From: Phoronis australis
Taxonomy: Eukaryota > Animalia > Phoronida
Assembly: GCA_002633005.1 (NCBI GenBank)
Contig: NMRA01000273.1
Span: 377,555 to 441,554 of the forward strand
Reading direction: 5' to 3'
DNA: 64,000 nucleotides
Both the position numbers and the translations under genes were made by a program. Positions 14,101-29,100 of this stretch are shown piece by piece; within the stretch, counting starts at the first letter, position 1, and each line of letters begins with the position of its first letter. The notes below the pieces were generated by a model. It did not search any database. It saw only the letters and a program-made list of their open reading frames with translations, and was not told the origin of the DNA.

Positions 14101-17100
14101 GTCATTGTTGCAGGTTAGACTCACATTGGCACTGTCATTCCGAAACTTCCTGTTGGTATGATTGATGAATTTGTGACCACTATTTCTCAGATACCGTTGG
14201 AAGAGTTGGTCAGTGCAGGGTAATGTTCAGTCTCCATTAGAAGTTTTCGGATGAGGAATTAGTATATTAAATGTCTTATGTGTATTACTAAGCAACATTC
14301 TGGAATTAAAAAAGGCTAAAAGTTGTTTATTTTGAATTATATATAGTCTGTTGCTACAGGTTGACACTTCTTTGTATTTGCTTTCATAATTTGAAGTCCA
14401 TTTAACAATAATACATGTTTTGTGTAAAGTCGCGCTAGTTTCACTCATGTTAATCCTTATAGCCATCAGCTGGTTGATAGGATGGAAAACATGCACTTCC
14501 TTTAATACGCATGTTTTGGTGTATCAGTTGAATGCAAACATCCGTCTTATGATGCTTTTGTACAGTAAGAACACATCCCGAATTTGGTGTACACAGTTAC
14601 AAAGAGAGACTTCGCTAATCAACATTTACTGACAGGTGTACCCACCTATAATCATATTTTACATAGAAACACATATCTTTATGTGGGTGTCCCCATTTTT
14701 GTCCTTGAAAAGCAAAATTTTACTAGATAAGAAAAGTTCAAATTAAATAAGCTGTTGCAGTTGCTCAACAATGTGGTCTTGGTTGACACAAATGAAACCT
14801 GATCTCTTTCGTGTATATTGCAGGATGTTTGCTTTTTGCTCAAATCAGTTGAATATCTTATTATTTAGCAGTGATGGCGTGTCTTGATAGTATCATCACT
14901 GTAAAGAATTTGAAAAATCTTCTAAATCTGCCTACTTTTTCTGTTCACATGGAATTGTAAAGTGGTGAAGTTTTATATTTTCCAAAAAAATCACCACTTG
15001 GAATACTCTTCTGTGTTTTTGGTTAGTCCTGGCATTTTTATATTCTACTAAACCGAATTGGCAAACTATGAGTCTTGCCAATATTGGTAAAGAAGAATTG
15101 ACATGCACTTGACCTATCAAGCTTCTAACATTTTTGTGAATGTCCACAATTTTTCAAAATATTCCCGTATGGTAGCTATTGTTACTGAACTTGAGCAGCA
15201 AAAAGTATATGTATGGTTTGTGAGAAAAAAGAACTTGACTTGTTTATCACATTGCGTCCTACTAGTTTGTGAGAAAAAAGAACTTGACTTGCTTATCACA
15301 TTATGTCCTACTAGTATGTGAGAAAAAAAGAACTTGACTTGTTTATCGCATTGCATCCTACTAGTTTGTGAGAAAAAAGAACTTGACTTGCTTATCACAT
15401 TATGTCCTACTAGTATGTGAGAAAAAAGAACTTGACTTGCTTATCACATTATGTCTTACTAGTATGTGAGAAAAAAGAACTTGACTTGTTTATCACATTA
15501 TGTCCTACTAGTATGTGAGAAAAAAAAGAACTTTACTTGCTTATCACATTATGTCCTACTAGTATGTGAGAAAAAAAGAACTTGACTTGCTTATCACATT
15601 ATGTCCTACTAGTATGTGAGAAAAAAGAACTTGACTTGTTTATCACATTATGTCCTACTAGTATGTGAGAAAAAAGAACTTGACTTGTTTATCACATTAT
15701 GTCCTACTAGTATGTGAGAAAAAAAGAACTTGACTTGTTCATCACATTGCATCCTACTAGTATGTAAGACAAAAGAACTTGACTTGTTTATCACACTGCA
15801 TCCTACTAGTATGTGAGTTCTCTTGGTTACCTCCCAAACAGTCCCGTAGTGCACAGATTACGGTGACACCAGTGTGACATTTTCACTTTTAGCTATGATC
15901 GCAAATTTTTACTGTTAGTGAATTGATTCTTAAATTAGCTTCAATTTGATTTTTAATTTATACTGCCTCATGTTCCATTAATTCAGTATGCAAAATGTCA
16001 CCAATAGCAAGTGACGCTTGTTTGTTTGTTTCATGTAAATTTGCTAGGTCTTTACATGGCATCTTGTTTGATTTGTGAAGCAGTTTGCCATGGCAACATC
16101 TACATAATGCCTGCGCTCTGATTTTAGTACCTCCGACGTTCTCTCAGATGCCCTCTTTCAAACGCTTGGTCAACAAACAAAAACTTGTGTTGAGGTGTTC
16201 AGTAGCCGGTGGTCACCCAAGGCCTGTGGTCACCTGGCTCAAGGATGGCCAGACCATCCCAGATGCTGAGGTAACTTGCTTTTAGTTCCATCAAAGTGGC
16301 GTAAGGAAATTCACTTATTTTCCCCCTATTTCAATTTTCAAAGACTGATTTTACTTAAGCTTCAAATGTTGGAAACTTAACCTTATGTTGTGTTCTATCA
16401 TCTACAGACTACAAACTAAGCTTGTGATAAACTCGGTCACTCGTAATCTTTATTTTTGCTGAAAATGTTGACCTATATGTATGTTTACATTAAGTGTATA
16501 TGTAAGTGTACATGTATGTTTATATATACACACAGCTTTAATCAACCTAATCTTCCTAGTGGTATCACAGTTGTTTAGATATTTTCATGTAAGTGTTGAA
16601 CTATTTGTACCTAGTTGGTAAAGTGCATCTAACTGCTTAATTAGTATGGGAAGTCTCTTATTTTGCACAAATTTGCACAAAAATAATTGCCAAAATGGCC
16701 ATTTTTCCATTTTTCAAGGACTGATTAGCTTTTTATGGATAATGTGAATTTCACCAAATGTTTTCTTCTGACATCTGCACCTTACTATATAGTCTTCATA
16801 CAGCTTGCTGGCTGACTAGGTTCCACTGTGTGTCACCGCTAGACCCCAAAATTTCACACCGGGCGCATAGTTCTACTCGTTACCTCATCGTGAAAAACTT
16901 TCATTTATTTAAATTTCAGGTATTTTGTTGAGTCGAAATTGTATTTTTATTCAAGAATTCAATTTGCCCTATCAACGATCGTGAGGCAGCGACACATCAG
17001 TCGGCAAAGTTTTCACCCTAGGATTTCAGCACATTTTTTTTTTAAATGATCGTATTTTAGCAATGAAGTTTGATAGCAATGCACCACAGTTTTGTAGAAA

Positions 17101-20100
17101 GACTGTCATTGGTTACAGATATGTCATAGAGCGTAAATTTGATGAATCTTAGCGTCCAATTTCACCCATTTTGGAGACCGGTCCTCAACCGCCTTAGGGT
17201 ACAACAAACGCCCCCTCCCCTCAAGACGATTTTTTCCAAGTGCCCGGGGTGCTTATTAGGGCGAATACGGGTATATACAGCTGTGCACCAAGACTAGGTG
17301 ATGCTGCGATACATTTTTGTTGCTTGTAAGGATTGTTGCCAATTTTTGCTTGTTTCCGTAATCTAAGAGGATGGCGGAAATGAAAATGTTGCAATTTGAA
17401 TTTTAATGCTTGCATAATCCAGAAAATCAGAGGTCAGTTTTGGCCAAAGACTAGCAGAAGATGGCCACTCTTTCAAAATTGCCCTGGAGGTATGAACTAT
17501 TCCATGCAGCATTATTTAACTAGTCTTGGTTAATTATCATTTTATGGCCTGGTCATCCATTCAGCCAAAAGTAGTTCCATAGGTGGCTTATCAGCCAATT
17601 ATTCACGGATGCTGAGTCACAATAGAAGCCTGGTAAGAGTGAAGGTGGGTAAATACAGTGTTCCTATAATTTCTTGTTGTAGTGGATTTGTTCAGATTGT
17701 GAGGTACCTAACTTATATTCATAACCATAAGCTCAACACTTCTCTTGATAGGTTTATGAAGATTGTCTAGTGCTGCCGCAGGTGTTCTCCCAAAACAAAG
17801 GCTATTACCAGTGCGTGGCCAAGAATGTTGCTGGCACCAACTCTGCGTATGCCCGTGTACAAGTCATGTCTCGTCGTATGAGTCCCAACCCCCCACGTAA
17901 CCTGAGGGCTACTGCCGTGGCCAGCAGAACCATTAACATTGAGTGGGACAAATCATTGCCTAAGCCTGGTGTCTACGTAATGGCCTACTCCTATCACTAC
18001 TACCCTACCAGTGGTATGTCCTACTTCGTCTCAAAGTATTTAAGTTAAACTGGCTATAGGTCTTCCACCAAAAATTTATTTTGATTTAGGCCACTTACCG
18101 TGATACAATTGATCTTAACTCGTCCCTTACTTAGATTAGGATGATTTGTGGATTGGGAAAAAAGACCATCGTTTTATGTTGCGAACCTAATGTCTCACGC
18201 AATAGTCAACTGTAAGTAACTCTTTTCAAGTCCAGAAATCCCTTCTTATTTGATTAATGAACAAGCCAAGAGTCTAGTGTTGTAGTGCATACAACATGAA
18301 AGTACTAGATGTTGCACCTTTCTTGTCAGGATTTGGGCCGACATCAGTTTGCATAATACATTTGTGTTTATTAGTGTAATTGGCACCACTAGCTTTGTGG
18401 GTATCAACCTTTACCAGTGGCATGGTCACAATAAATGTTACAAACGTGACATGATCATGCACAGAACTACAGTGTGTACTACTGGAAAGATGCCATTCAG
18501 TTTACCATTGTTTACAGTTTATTTTTTTCACAGATTGTCCATGGCTGAATGAGGGTGCTACGGTTGACAAAACAAGTTTCAGAGCCCGGTCCCTTCCTAT
18601 GAATGGACCTTAGTCCATTTTCTGAAAGAACCCTTTGGGGCTTCTGGATGTAAAACCACTTTGAAAAAATCACTATGTTCAACAATGGCTGTGTGATACG
18701 CCCTAGTATGATGTAGGTTATGTCTTGTGGTGTGACAGCCAGTCTCAATGAACCAGCTGTTCCACTTATTGCTTCCAGGTGGACCTCTTCTAGATGATGT
18801 CAGGAAAGCGGACGACCCATTGAAAGGTGAGATCGTGTCACTGAAGCCATTCACTGACTATACCATCTTTGCTGTGGCGTACAGCCGATACGGTAGTAGT
18901 GAGTCGTCTGTTCGTATTGTGGTGAGGACAGAACGTGAAGGTAAGTGATGATTATAAACCACCAACTGTGTTACCATATTTGTAATGTTATCTATGTTGC
19001 GCATCTGTCTGGTGGTTGTCCACCTGGCGCTATCTGTGGTGCCATATATGTGGCTCCATCGATCTGTGTGATGTTCTCCATAACGGTGTTGTCTATATAT
19101 ATATATGTGTGTGTATACTTATTCCATAAGGCCTCTGGCCCTTGTTACAATCAAATCATCAAAATACAATACCGGTAAGTGTCAAACACTAACAGTTGCA
19201 CGAGCTATTCTTCGGTGGCACGCGAAATGAACATATTTACATGTTGGTCAATAGGTCTTTTACCTCGATAGTCATGAGTCTGTTGAATTTTGTAACATTG
19301 GGATTGTTGTAGCTCCATGCAGGCAAATACCATTTCCTAAGGTCACCGTAGAATGGGCATTCGGTAATAAAATGATATTCTGACTGGACTCTGCTCAGTT
19401 TCAAGTGTCTTCCCTTTTCAATCATTAGTGCATGCGCTGAACATCTTTATCTTGTGATGTCATCTATGTGGTTAGCTGTTTATCTCTTGCTGTGTTTATG
19501 ATGATGTCTTTAATGTGTCATCTATGTTGTGCTTCCTTGTATATCTTTTGCAGTCTATCTGGCATAGTCTGTGTGGTGCCATCTATGTTGGCCCAATCTA
19601 TGGTACTTTCTATCTGATGTGTGGTGCCATCTGTCTGGTATTGTGATAATTCCTTTGAGCATCAAACACTGTGAGGTTCAACAATATGAAGTCCTGATTC
19701 TAGTATACCAACTACCGTATTCGCCGTAATAACCGCCCAGGGCGCTTAGAAAAGTTCGGTTCAGGGTGGGCGCTTATTATAATCCAAGGCGGTTCAAACC
19801 CGGTCTCCGAAACGGGTGAAATCGGAAGCTAAGATTCATCAAATTTACACTCTGTGACGTATATGTAATCTATGAAAGACTTTCAACAAAACTGTGGTGC
19901 ATTGCTATCAAACTTTGCTGCTAAATTACGATCATTTTACAGAAAATTGTGCTGAAATCCCAGGGCGAAAACTCGCCGACTGACTGCCTCGAAATCGTCG
20001 CTTTCGATATGCTTGAATAAAAATGGTTTCGACTCAAGCAACCTGAAATCCTCATTAAGTTTTATAAGTAGCGTCTCTAAGATTTTTTAAGTTCCCGTGT

Positions 20101-23100
20101 AGTTTGGATTAACGGCAGGTTTAAGTACAAATCTGTGCAACATCATGCCATCTACATGTATGATCGGCAACACGGCGAGAAAAATGTCTGGACGAACACA
20201 GTCATGTTGTTGTCACGTGACGTTTGTTTTGAAGTTCGTCTGCGAGTAAGCGAGTGCGTGTCACCAGAGTTCATTTGCCAAAGGAGAGACTGTCTTTTGG
20301 CCAGAGCCACGCAATCTAACTAGCTAGATGTGTCTAAAGAAATTTGCACAAGCAGTAGGCCTAAACCAGAGCATGTTTCATTCAGCACTTGCCGGTCTCG
20401 TGCTGAAAACTTTCGACATATGTTTCGGTAAGGCCCATATTAGTCGCCGTGTAGCTGGATGCGTACGTAACTGTCTGACAGTTATTTTTCGGTGTAAGGG
20501 TGTGTAAACATTCACTGTCAGTTGTCATTTTTTCGGATTCGGCTTAAAAACACCAATTATGGTAAATCAAACAAACCATCTCAAAAATAACGCAAACATG
20601 TTTTATAGTATTAGAAATTGTTGGAAATTAGTGCCAATATTCATTTCTTATCGATGCTACCCGTTTCATGAATGGATAGTTCCCGACTAATGTCTGATGA
20701 CAGGTTCATGTATGTGGCGCGCGCTTCCTGGCCATGTGCGTTTAACACCGAGTTGTTTTTATTCATGAGACATTCGATGTGTCTACTGAAAGGTCAGACC
20801 ATACTAGGACACGGTCGTCTAGTCGCTGTTGCGTTCGTTTTGAAGCGCTGAGCGTTACTTTGAAGTGTAAAGTCACGGCTAAATACAAACGTAGCAGTGC
20901 TGCTGGTGGTCTAGTAGACCTGTGCAAAAATTTTTGATAAATTGAAGAAACGTTACTGTAGCCGAGTTTTAGGACTGTAGGTACGTCATTGTTCGCATGT
21001 ACACGTTCATGGAGTGGGCGCTTATTTCAGCAAAGTCTGAAAACGCGTGGGGGGCGCTTATAGGGGCATGGGCGGTTATTACGGCGAATACGGTATATAC
21101 TGTCTATATAGTGTTGTGACTCATCTCGCCTTATCACTGCTTGGAGAAATGGTGGAACTGAGTTCTGATGTCCAGCTCAGTAATTCTCTGTTTATGATTG
21201 TTCAGTATTCAAGATATTTGTGAAATTTTTATGTTTTTCACTGATTTAAAAATAAAAAATTATTTCTCATAAAGATAATACGTCAATGAAAATGTGTGCA
21301 CGTTTGAAATGACGGAGACAAAACATCACGTACACATGCACACTTGCACAGTTGCCCATCTAAATTTTGTGAAAACATTGCCCCAGATATTAGTGTCAAA
21401 GGTTTCCCAAATTAGTCTTTGGTTACATGTTTCTGGCCAAGAAGAATTTGTTAAGACTTCAGTATTTGTCACGTAAGTACTGGAGGTTGTTGCGAGGACA
21501 ATTTAAATTGGTGCAGTGTACATCACTTGCAAAATAATATAAAATTATTTGTGTGGTTACGAATCAGAGTGATGAAAGACCCCTTGCGCAGTTCTAAGGC
21601 AGCATAAAAATTAGCATGTGATTAACAGTAACAGTTGAACCATCTTCGTTAAACATTGGGTGAAATTTAAGTGTTTCCCATTTTTTACACCAGGTCCCAT
21701 AGTCCTGCCAGAGTTTGACGCTATCAGTTACGGGCCTGAGTCGATCAAGGTGTTATGGCACCCATTGTCTCCAGACCAGATACCATGGGATATTATCGTT
21801 CATTACGTCGCCCACTACAGACTGCACAAATCAGATCCAGACACAAGTGACTTTTGGCAAGAATGGAAAATGTCTACCACCCAACAGGAATGCATCATAA
21901 CAGGTGACCTCACCTTCCTCTTGCCAGACTCCTAATTTTTGGAATATTGTCAATTTGTTCTTTGAGTAGTATCTTTGTTGGGATGTTACGTTCAGCCCAC
22001 ACATTTATGCCATTATCTCTGTCTGGGCGTCCGGCATCTGCAGCTGTATCTCCTAAACAACTCAGAGGATCTAAATGAGATTTAGCAGATATATTCACAT
22101 GAAGATGAAGTCGAATTTTAGACCAATTCGACTACTGCTGTGCCCCCTATTGGCAGTTTTAATTTTTAACGTTTTCCTCTGTATGTTTGTCGTTCCTTCA
22201 TGGATTTTCATGAAATTTGGCAAATGGGTTCTTAATAAGGAGGTGATGATGCCATTTCATTTTCGGATGGATTCGACAGATTTTGTGCCAGCTTGTGGCC
22301 ATTTTTGTTATTTTTGCATCTGTTTTCTGGTGCCCATCTTCCATATCGCTCCAAGAATCATTCTGATGAAAATTTACAGCTGTGTTCCTGATAGAAAGGC
22401 CACGACTGACGTTGACTTTCGGACTGGTCCCTTTGTGGAATTTTTTTGTGTCTGGTCAAATGTGCATAATCCTATGAAAGATCTTTGTGAAATTTGAAGG
22501 ATTTATGGTCCTACGGAGCCGACGGCAAATGGTAACAAGGTTTTTATTAAGGAAACGACAAGGCCCTAATCCTATGAGCTTTGTGAAATTTGAAGAATAT
22601 CTTCCTATGGAGCCAACGACAAACGGTAACAAGTCTCGGAACTGTTCCAAATACCACTGTGCCCCCTAGTGGCAAAATGCTTTTTTTGCTTAACTCTGTA
22701 TCTTTGGTGTTCATTAATGTATTTTCATGAAATTTGGTAAATAGGCTTCTGTTAAGGAGACAACAACGCTTTTCCGTTTTGGACATGTCTCCTGTTGGCC
22801 ATTTAAATTTTTTTGCATATGTTTTTAACGTCTGCCTCTATCTACCAAACCACTCAAAAGATCATTATGAAAACTGATGGTTGTGTCCCTGATGCAAGGA
22901 CCCCGCTTGATGTTGTTTTTCAGATGTTTTCGACTGTTTTGGCGTCCTCTGAGTAACATAGCATTGACATCTGCCCATGTGCAAATTTAACGATATGCGG
23001 CCTCTCAGGTTGCTAGCGTGATTCAGTTAGCAGTTATTAAGCTACTTTATGCTATTCCAATTTAAGAGTACTTCACCCCATCATTGGTGAAACGTTGTTT

Positions 23101-26100
23101 TGAGCATATGACTGAGTGACACTATGCACATCCTAGTGGCATATTTCACCTCATACTTACAACAGTATAATATATCCCATGTTCAAAAGGATTAATTCAG
23201 TGGTGAATATGCTATGTTCTGACCTTAGTAACACTGTTAAAGGGGTGTGTATTACTAGAACTAATGACTTCACTTTGCATTGGTATTTTCTTAAGTGCAA
23301 AATGGATTGAATGAATTGGCTAAGCTAAGAAATTGTCACCAAGTAGCCTTGTGGCAAATAAGTGTAGAACAAAAAAATATTTTTCAAAATAATTTTGATT
23401 GTGCGAAATTAGGTGATTATGCTAAATAATAGAATTACCGTATTGATCAGTGTTTTGTGGTAAAGCTCATTTGTTTGCACTTGAACAATGTTTTTTGCAT
23501 GCTTAATATATAACATGACATTTAAAGCTTTCATCTCTACAAATGTTGCCATGAGTGATTTGTATTTGTTGCATTTATGTCCTCACTGCAAACGGGGGTT
23601 ACCCAGCTGTGACAGTTGTTGAATATAGTACACACTACAAAGGACAGTCCTTACCACCATTGACACTGCATTTCCTTGTAGGTCTACAGCCCAGTCAAGC
23701 CTATGATGTTTATGTAATGGCCAAGACCAACCTAGGGATCTCCAGTTCACACTGTGACATAGAGGGCTTCAAGATTGTGTCAACCTTAAGCAGAGCTCCA
23801 CCAGAGGGTGAGTCATATTCATGTTACTACTCATGTTAATTATGACAAGCAAAGTTGAGAAATGATTGGCTGCTGAGTTGTCGAGATCTCTTCACGTATT
23901 GGTGGAATGTTATTTCAGGTTCTGTTCGGCTGTAGCTGGTTGATAACTGGCCTGTGAGTCGTGATGGCGGACGGAAGAGAACAGAAATGCTTAACAATGG
24001 TCTTAATTTATTCTCGTTTTAGAAGTATTGGTGCTATCGGAAGTTAAAGCCGGTGGTTTTTGTAATGAGACCAGGCTGATGTTGCCTTTCAAGTGATGTT
24101 TCCTTTTCTTTTCTTTAGAGTCTTTGCATCGTTGTGGCAAGGATCCCTATGGTATCCTGAGTTCAAGATTCCGGTCACTCTGTAGACTTTGATTTAAGTG
24201 TGATCATCGTAATTTGTTGTTGTTTTTATTGTTGTTGTAGCCTGTTGTAGCAGGAAGCATGTTCACAAAAGTTTTGACATGTTTCTATGTTTTGTGCAGT
24301 TTCAAATCCTGTTGATTGCAGTCCCACATACGCCCTACATCCAAGTGTGGTCCTTCAGCTCTACTGCAGTTCAAGTCAACTGGTTGCAGTTCACAAGTCA
24401 CATTCAAGGGTTCAACTTAACTTTACTAAAGGACGGCTCAGTTGTCAATCGTGTCATCACTCTGCCACCGTTAGCCAGTGGCCACACTTTCAGTGGACTA
24501 GGTAAAGTTCATTTTGAGGTTAATAGGTCAGTAAAAGTACATCTCTGTCCTGGGCAAATTTTGCGTAGATTAGATTGATTAATTAGGTTCAAAGTAAAGT
24601 TAATCAAGAGAGTCACAAAGATATATCACAATTAAATGGTGAACATCCTTACATACCCCTGCATTTCATCTGTCAAGATGAAAATTTGAATTGTGTTATG
24701 AAACCATGGCTAATGCTTTTGCTGATTCTTTAAGAAAGTGCACACAATTGCTAAAGTAAAGTGCCAATCGTAATGACTGGGGCATTGACCATAATTTTGC
24801 CATCTGTCTTAAATAGTGATCAAAAGGTGACCAGTGAGCTGTTGGATGATAGATGTCTTACTTGGAAACTCTTGCTATGTGATTTCAGATCCACAATCTT
24901 GGTACCAAGTGCAAGTATATGCTTTCACTTCACGACAAACTGGTCTGCCTGCCATCAGACTAGTAGAAACACAACCCATTGGTGTACATTACAACGTCAA
25001 CCTGCCGCCACCTATCAGCGTGAGTGTTACGGCGAGGTCGAACACGTCGGTACGGCTCGTGTGGACGATGGCGCCATCGTACTCCAGTTCTGTTGATTAC
25101 TTTACCATCTCGTATCGACCAGTATCACGATTTCAGTTCCTCGTCCACGTGGACATGCTGAGCATCACAAACATGTGAGTCCTGCTTTTGTGTCACATTC
25201 TAATCGCAGTTGGTCTTTGTTAATTACAATGCTTAGGTACTATCATTTTAAGTCTTGCTTAAGGTAGCATTTTTGGTAGGACAATTTTTGGGTATGAGGG
25301 CTACACAAAAGGTTTTCAGTGTTCAGCAATTCAGGGCCTAAATTCAAAGGTGTCAAGTGGCCCGAAAATGTTGATAACAGGCCACATCTAATCAAAGTCG
25401 ATCTTGAAATGTTGCTTACCATAGTATACCTGGACGTCATGTAGTTGACGTACACTTAAAAGGGGACTGTAGTCAAAATAATGTTGCAGTTAATCGGTTC
25501 TAACATACAAATAAAACTCACATTTGCCTGACTTGCGTGCCAAACTAAAGCCAATTCGAATTCATGGTCAAAACACTGAATTCTGAAAGCGATCGCTGAT
25601 TGGCTGATGTGTCAGTGACGTGAACGGCGGGGTATCGGCTGCTTTACACATTCATTGCTTATGTCATATTTGAAGAGTTTACATCGTAATTTATCATTGT
25701 ATCAATCGTCCTTATTTTTTTATTGTTTGCCACAGTGCTGTAAAAGGTTCGCTATGCCTTTTTGTATGGCACCTGGTTGCTCAAACTCTTCGAAAAAGGC
25801 GTCTTCTAAAGGGATGGTCATCGCATACCATCGCCGGGTTACCCAAGCCTTGGCCCAAAGCTCAGTGTATACTAGATATAGGCCTACAGGTTTAANNNNN
25901 NNNNNNNNNNNNNNNNNNNNNNNNNNNNNNNNNNNNNNNNNNNNNNNNNNNNNNNNNNNNNNNNNNNNNNNNNNNNNNNNNNNNNNNNNNNNNNNNNNNN
26001 NNNNNNNNNNNNNNNNNNNNNNNNNNNNNNNNNNNNNNNNNNNNNNNNNNNNNNNNNNNNNNNNNNNNNNNNNNNNNNNNNNNNNNNNNNNNNNNNNNNN

Positions 26101-29100
26101 NNNNNNNNNNNNNNNNNNNNNNNNNNNNNNNNNNNNNNNNNNNNNNNNNNNNNNNNNNNNNNNNNNNNNNNNNNNNNNNNNNNNNNNNNNNNNNNNNNNN
26201 NNNNNNNNNNNNNNNNNNNNNNNNNNNNNNNNNNNNNNNNNNNNNNNNNNNNNNNNNNNNNNNNNNNNNNNNNNNNNNNNNNNNNNNNNNNNNNNNNNNN
26301 NNNNNNNNNNNNNNNNNNNNNNNNNNNNNNNNNNNNNNNNNNNNNNNNNNNNNNNNNNNNNNNNNNNNNNNNNNNNNNNNNNNNNNNNNNNNNNNNNNNN
26401 NNNNNNNNNNNNNNNNNNNNNNNNNNNNNNNNNNNNNNNNNNNNNNNNNNNNNNNNNNNNNNNNNNNNNNNNNNNNNNNNNNNNNNNNNNNNNNNNNNNN
26501 NNNNNNNNNNNNNNNNNNNNNNNNNNNNNNNNNNNNNNNNNNNNNNNNNNNNNNNNNNNNNNNNNNNNNNNNNNNNNNNNNNNNNNNNNNNNNNNNNNNN
26601 NNNNNNNNNNNNNNNNNNNNNNNNNNNNNCAGTGACTTTGCCCCCGCCAAATACGTCACGAGACTAAGCAGCGCTCCAAGCCAGTAATTTTTTGAGCTTC
26701 GTTAGAGAATATAAGTTTAATTTTTGGTGTTGAATTATTTGTGAAATTAATCAACAATTCATAGAAAACTATCCAGAATTTATTCAGAATAAATTACAGT
26801 TCCCTTTTAAAGACCAACCATTGCATTGCCACACGTTTAGAAATGTTCTCACTCCCATTGTAATCTCATTTATTTTCGGCGAGCTACAGTAGGCTCAGCA
26901 TAGTTTTGAAAAATGTTCAGTCTGTGATTTATTTATGATTAAGTTTTGTTTATCAGTGTCATCTTAATTGTTTACATCATTTGGACTCAGCACACAGTGC
27001 ATAATAAATTTGCGAGTGGGACTTTAATGCCACAAAGAGCACTGCGGGTGTTTAGGAACAATCCACTTGCAGTGACCTCTCTCGACTTTCTGAATTTTGT
27101 GAACCGATGCTGTAATAGCTACTAAAAAATTATTATCTTATTTCTTAATTTCAAGTTAAAGCAGAAAATGTGAGGAAGTGTATACTTGACACGCAAATCT
27201 GAACCACTGGTTTGCCAGGGCTGAATTCTGTAAGGTTAATAATGTATCTTGCTAGTATGCCAAGATGCCAAGATTTCGAAATTAAGTCTTTGTAGTTTCA
27301 TAGTAACATTTCGGTATCAGTCCATTAGACCTTGCGTCCGATACTGCAGCTCTATTCTATATAGGTTGATGGTAAGTTATATGTTCAGCACACTTATTAC
27401 GAACCACAGTTAAATACATGGTCCTGATTTTGGTGGATTTTAAATGGAAATTAAACCTCAGAAACAGTTGGAACGAACAAAATGGCCAATTATGAAGAAT
27501 GTGTTGTAATTTATGGCCAGCTCATCAAAGTGGTAAAGGACTAGTGCAGATGGTGTCTTTGATTCACCATGCTCATGGCTTTACTGGTGGTCACACACAC
27601 TGAACTGCTCAGTAATCTGAGATGGGGGTAATAAATATTAGTGAGTTAAGAACAACCCTCTTTTCATCCAAAGCTCTCATATTCATTTCATTGGTGATGT
27701 CCAAATTTTTTCGCTGCAGTATTTTTATGCAGCCACTTATTTATATGTGGGTTCATTATTCTAGACCTTTTGCACAAAACTTCACCAGTCTTACGTCGTG
27801 ACAGATTGAATCTGTCATTCAGACCTTTAGCACTTTTTTATAACAAGTTTTTCTCATGAGGGTGATACTGTAAATAGTAGTCAATGTATGATACATGGTG
27901 TGTTTTTACAACAGTTATAAATGGCCTGTATGTTCCCTGAAGAAGGGTTGGGTATTAAAACAATAATTATTGTACTTAAGTCTAATCTCGTACCATCAAC
28001 CTGGTTGTTGTGAATTTGAATACCACTTATAAAAATAAAACTGCGGTAAGCCAGTTGTTCTCGGACCAAATTGCATGTGACATTTTAGGTGGCTACGGAT
28101 ACGTCCCGGCCGACTAGGTTGCTGACCCCGGCAATGAAATTAGTGAAGGAGCCTTCTAGCTGATATTTTGGCGTAGCAAATTTAATAATGAACATGTTTC
28201 GTGTTTACAAATTGCTGGGTTTTTTAGAGGTAATGTTCGCAGTTACCGAAGACTTTTTCAGTCACACCTTAGTACCTCTTATTACTATGGCGTTTCATGA
28301 TTATGTTAGTCACTGGTTGTTAACATAATGTGTTCTTTCTATTTGAAGCTATGGGCAAGAGCAGAAGGTGAAGGGCCTTGACTCCTGTACCTTGTATGAG
28401 TTTGTTGTTCGAAGCCATGGAGGTTTGACTGCCGGTGCTTATGGAGAGCCTATTCAAGTTCGGACTTTGGATGATGGTAATTTTTTAAACTTTCTTTTAC
28501 GTGATACAGGGCTCGCCGCTTAGCATAATGTCAACTCTCGAAATGCAACCTAGCAAAATCCCAAGTCGCCAAATGGGAAGTTAAAGGTTGCCGAAACCCC
28601 AGGTTGCCAAACAAAATCTGATGTTGCATTGGTGACCTGCAGGTTGACCAAGTGAGCCATGTGATACAAAAGATGGACTGATCTATCTCAAGGACAGCAT
28701 CCGGTTAAATAGACAAGGTGAGAGCAATGTTGCCTGAGGTGAATAGCGACGTGTGTTGGGGTGGATTGAGAAGAGACATTGCTTGCCAGCTGTGCCGTAT
28801 CACCTCATGATGGGACTGTGCTGTATCACCTCATAATGAGACTGCATGATCATACTATGTTTTAGCTAATCACATGGCACATCCATAATGCCAAATGATG
28901 GTGATAGAATCTCAGGGGTTACAGAGACTATAAACTTGACACCCTTTTATCAGCCATTTGAATAGTTCATTAATACCCACTCGGCTGGACAAGTCTGTTT
29001 AGGTAACTCAGTATCTACAGAATTAGAACGTTTAGGAAAAGTACAATCGTATCTCATTATAACAACGTACCTGTCGTTTATAACATTTGATAGCGCCAAT

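Noticed and set aside
25655-26659. 326-aa and 255-aa ORFs
   Set aside because: Artefacts of translating the N gap; only the short THAP fragment is meaningful.
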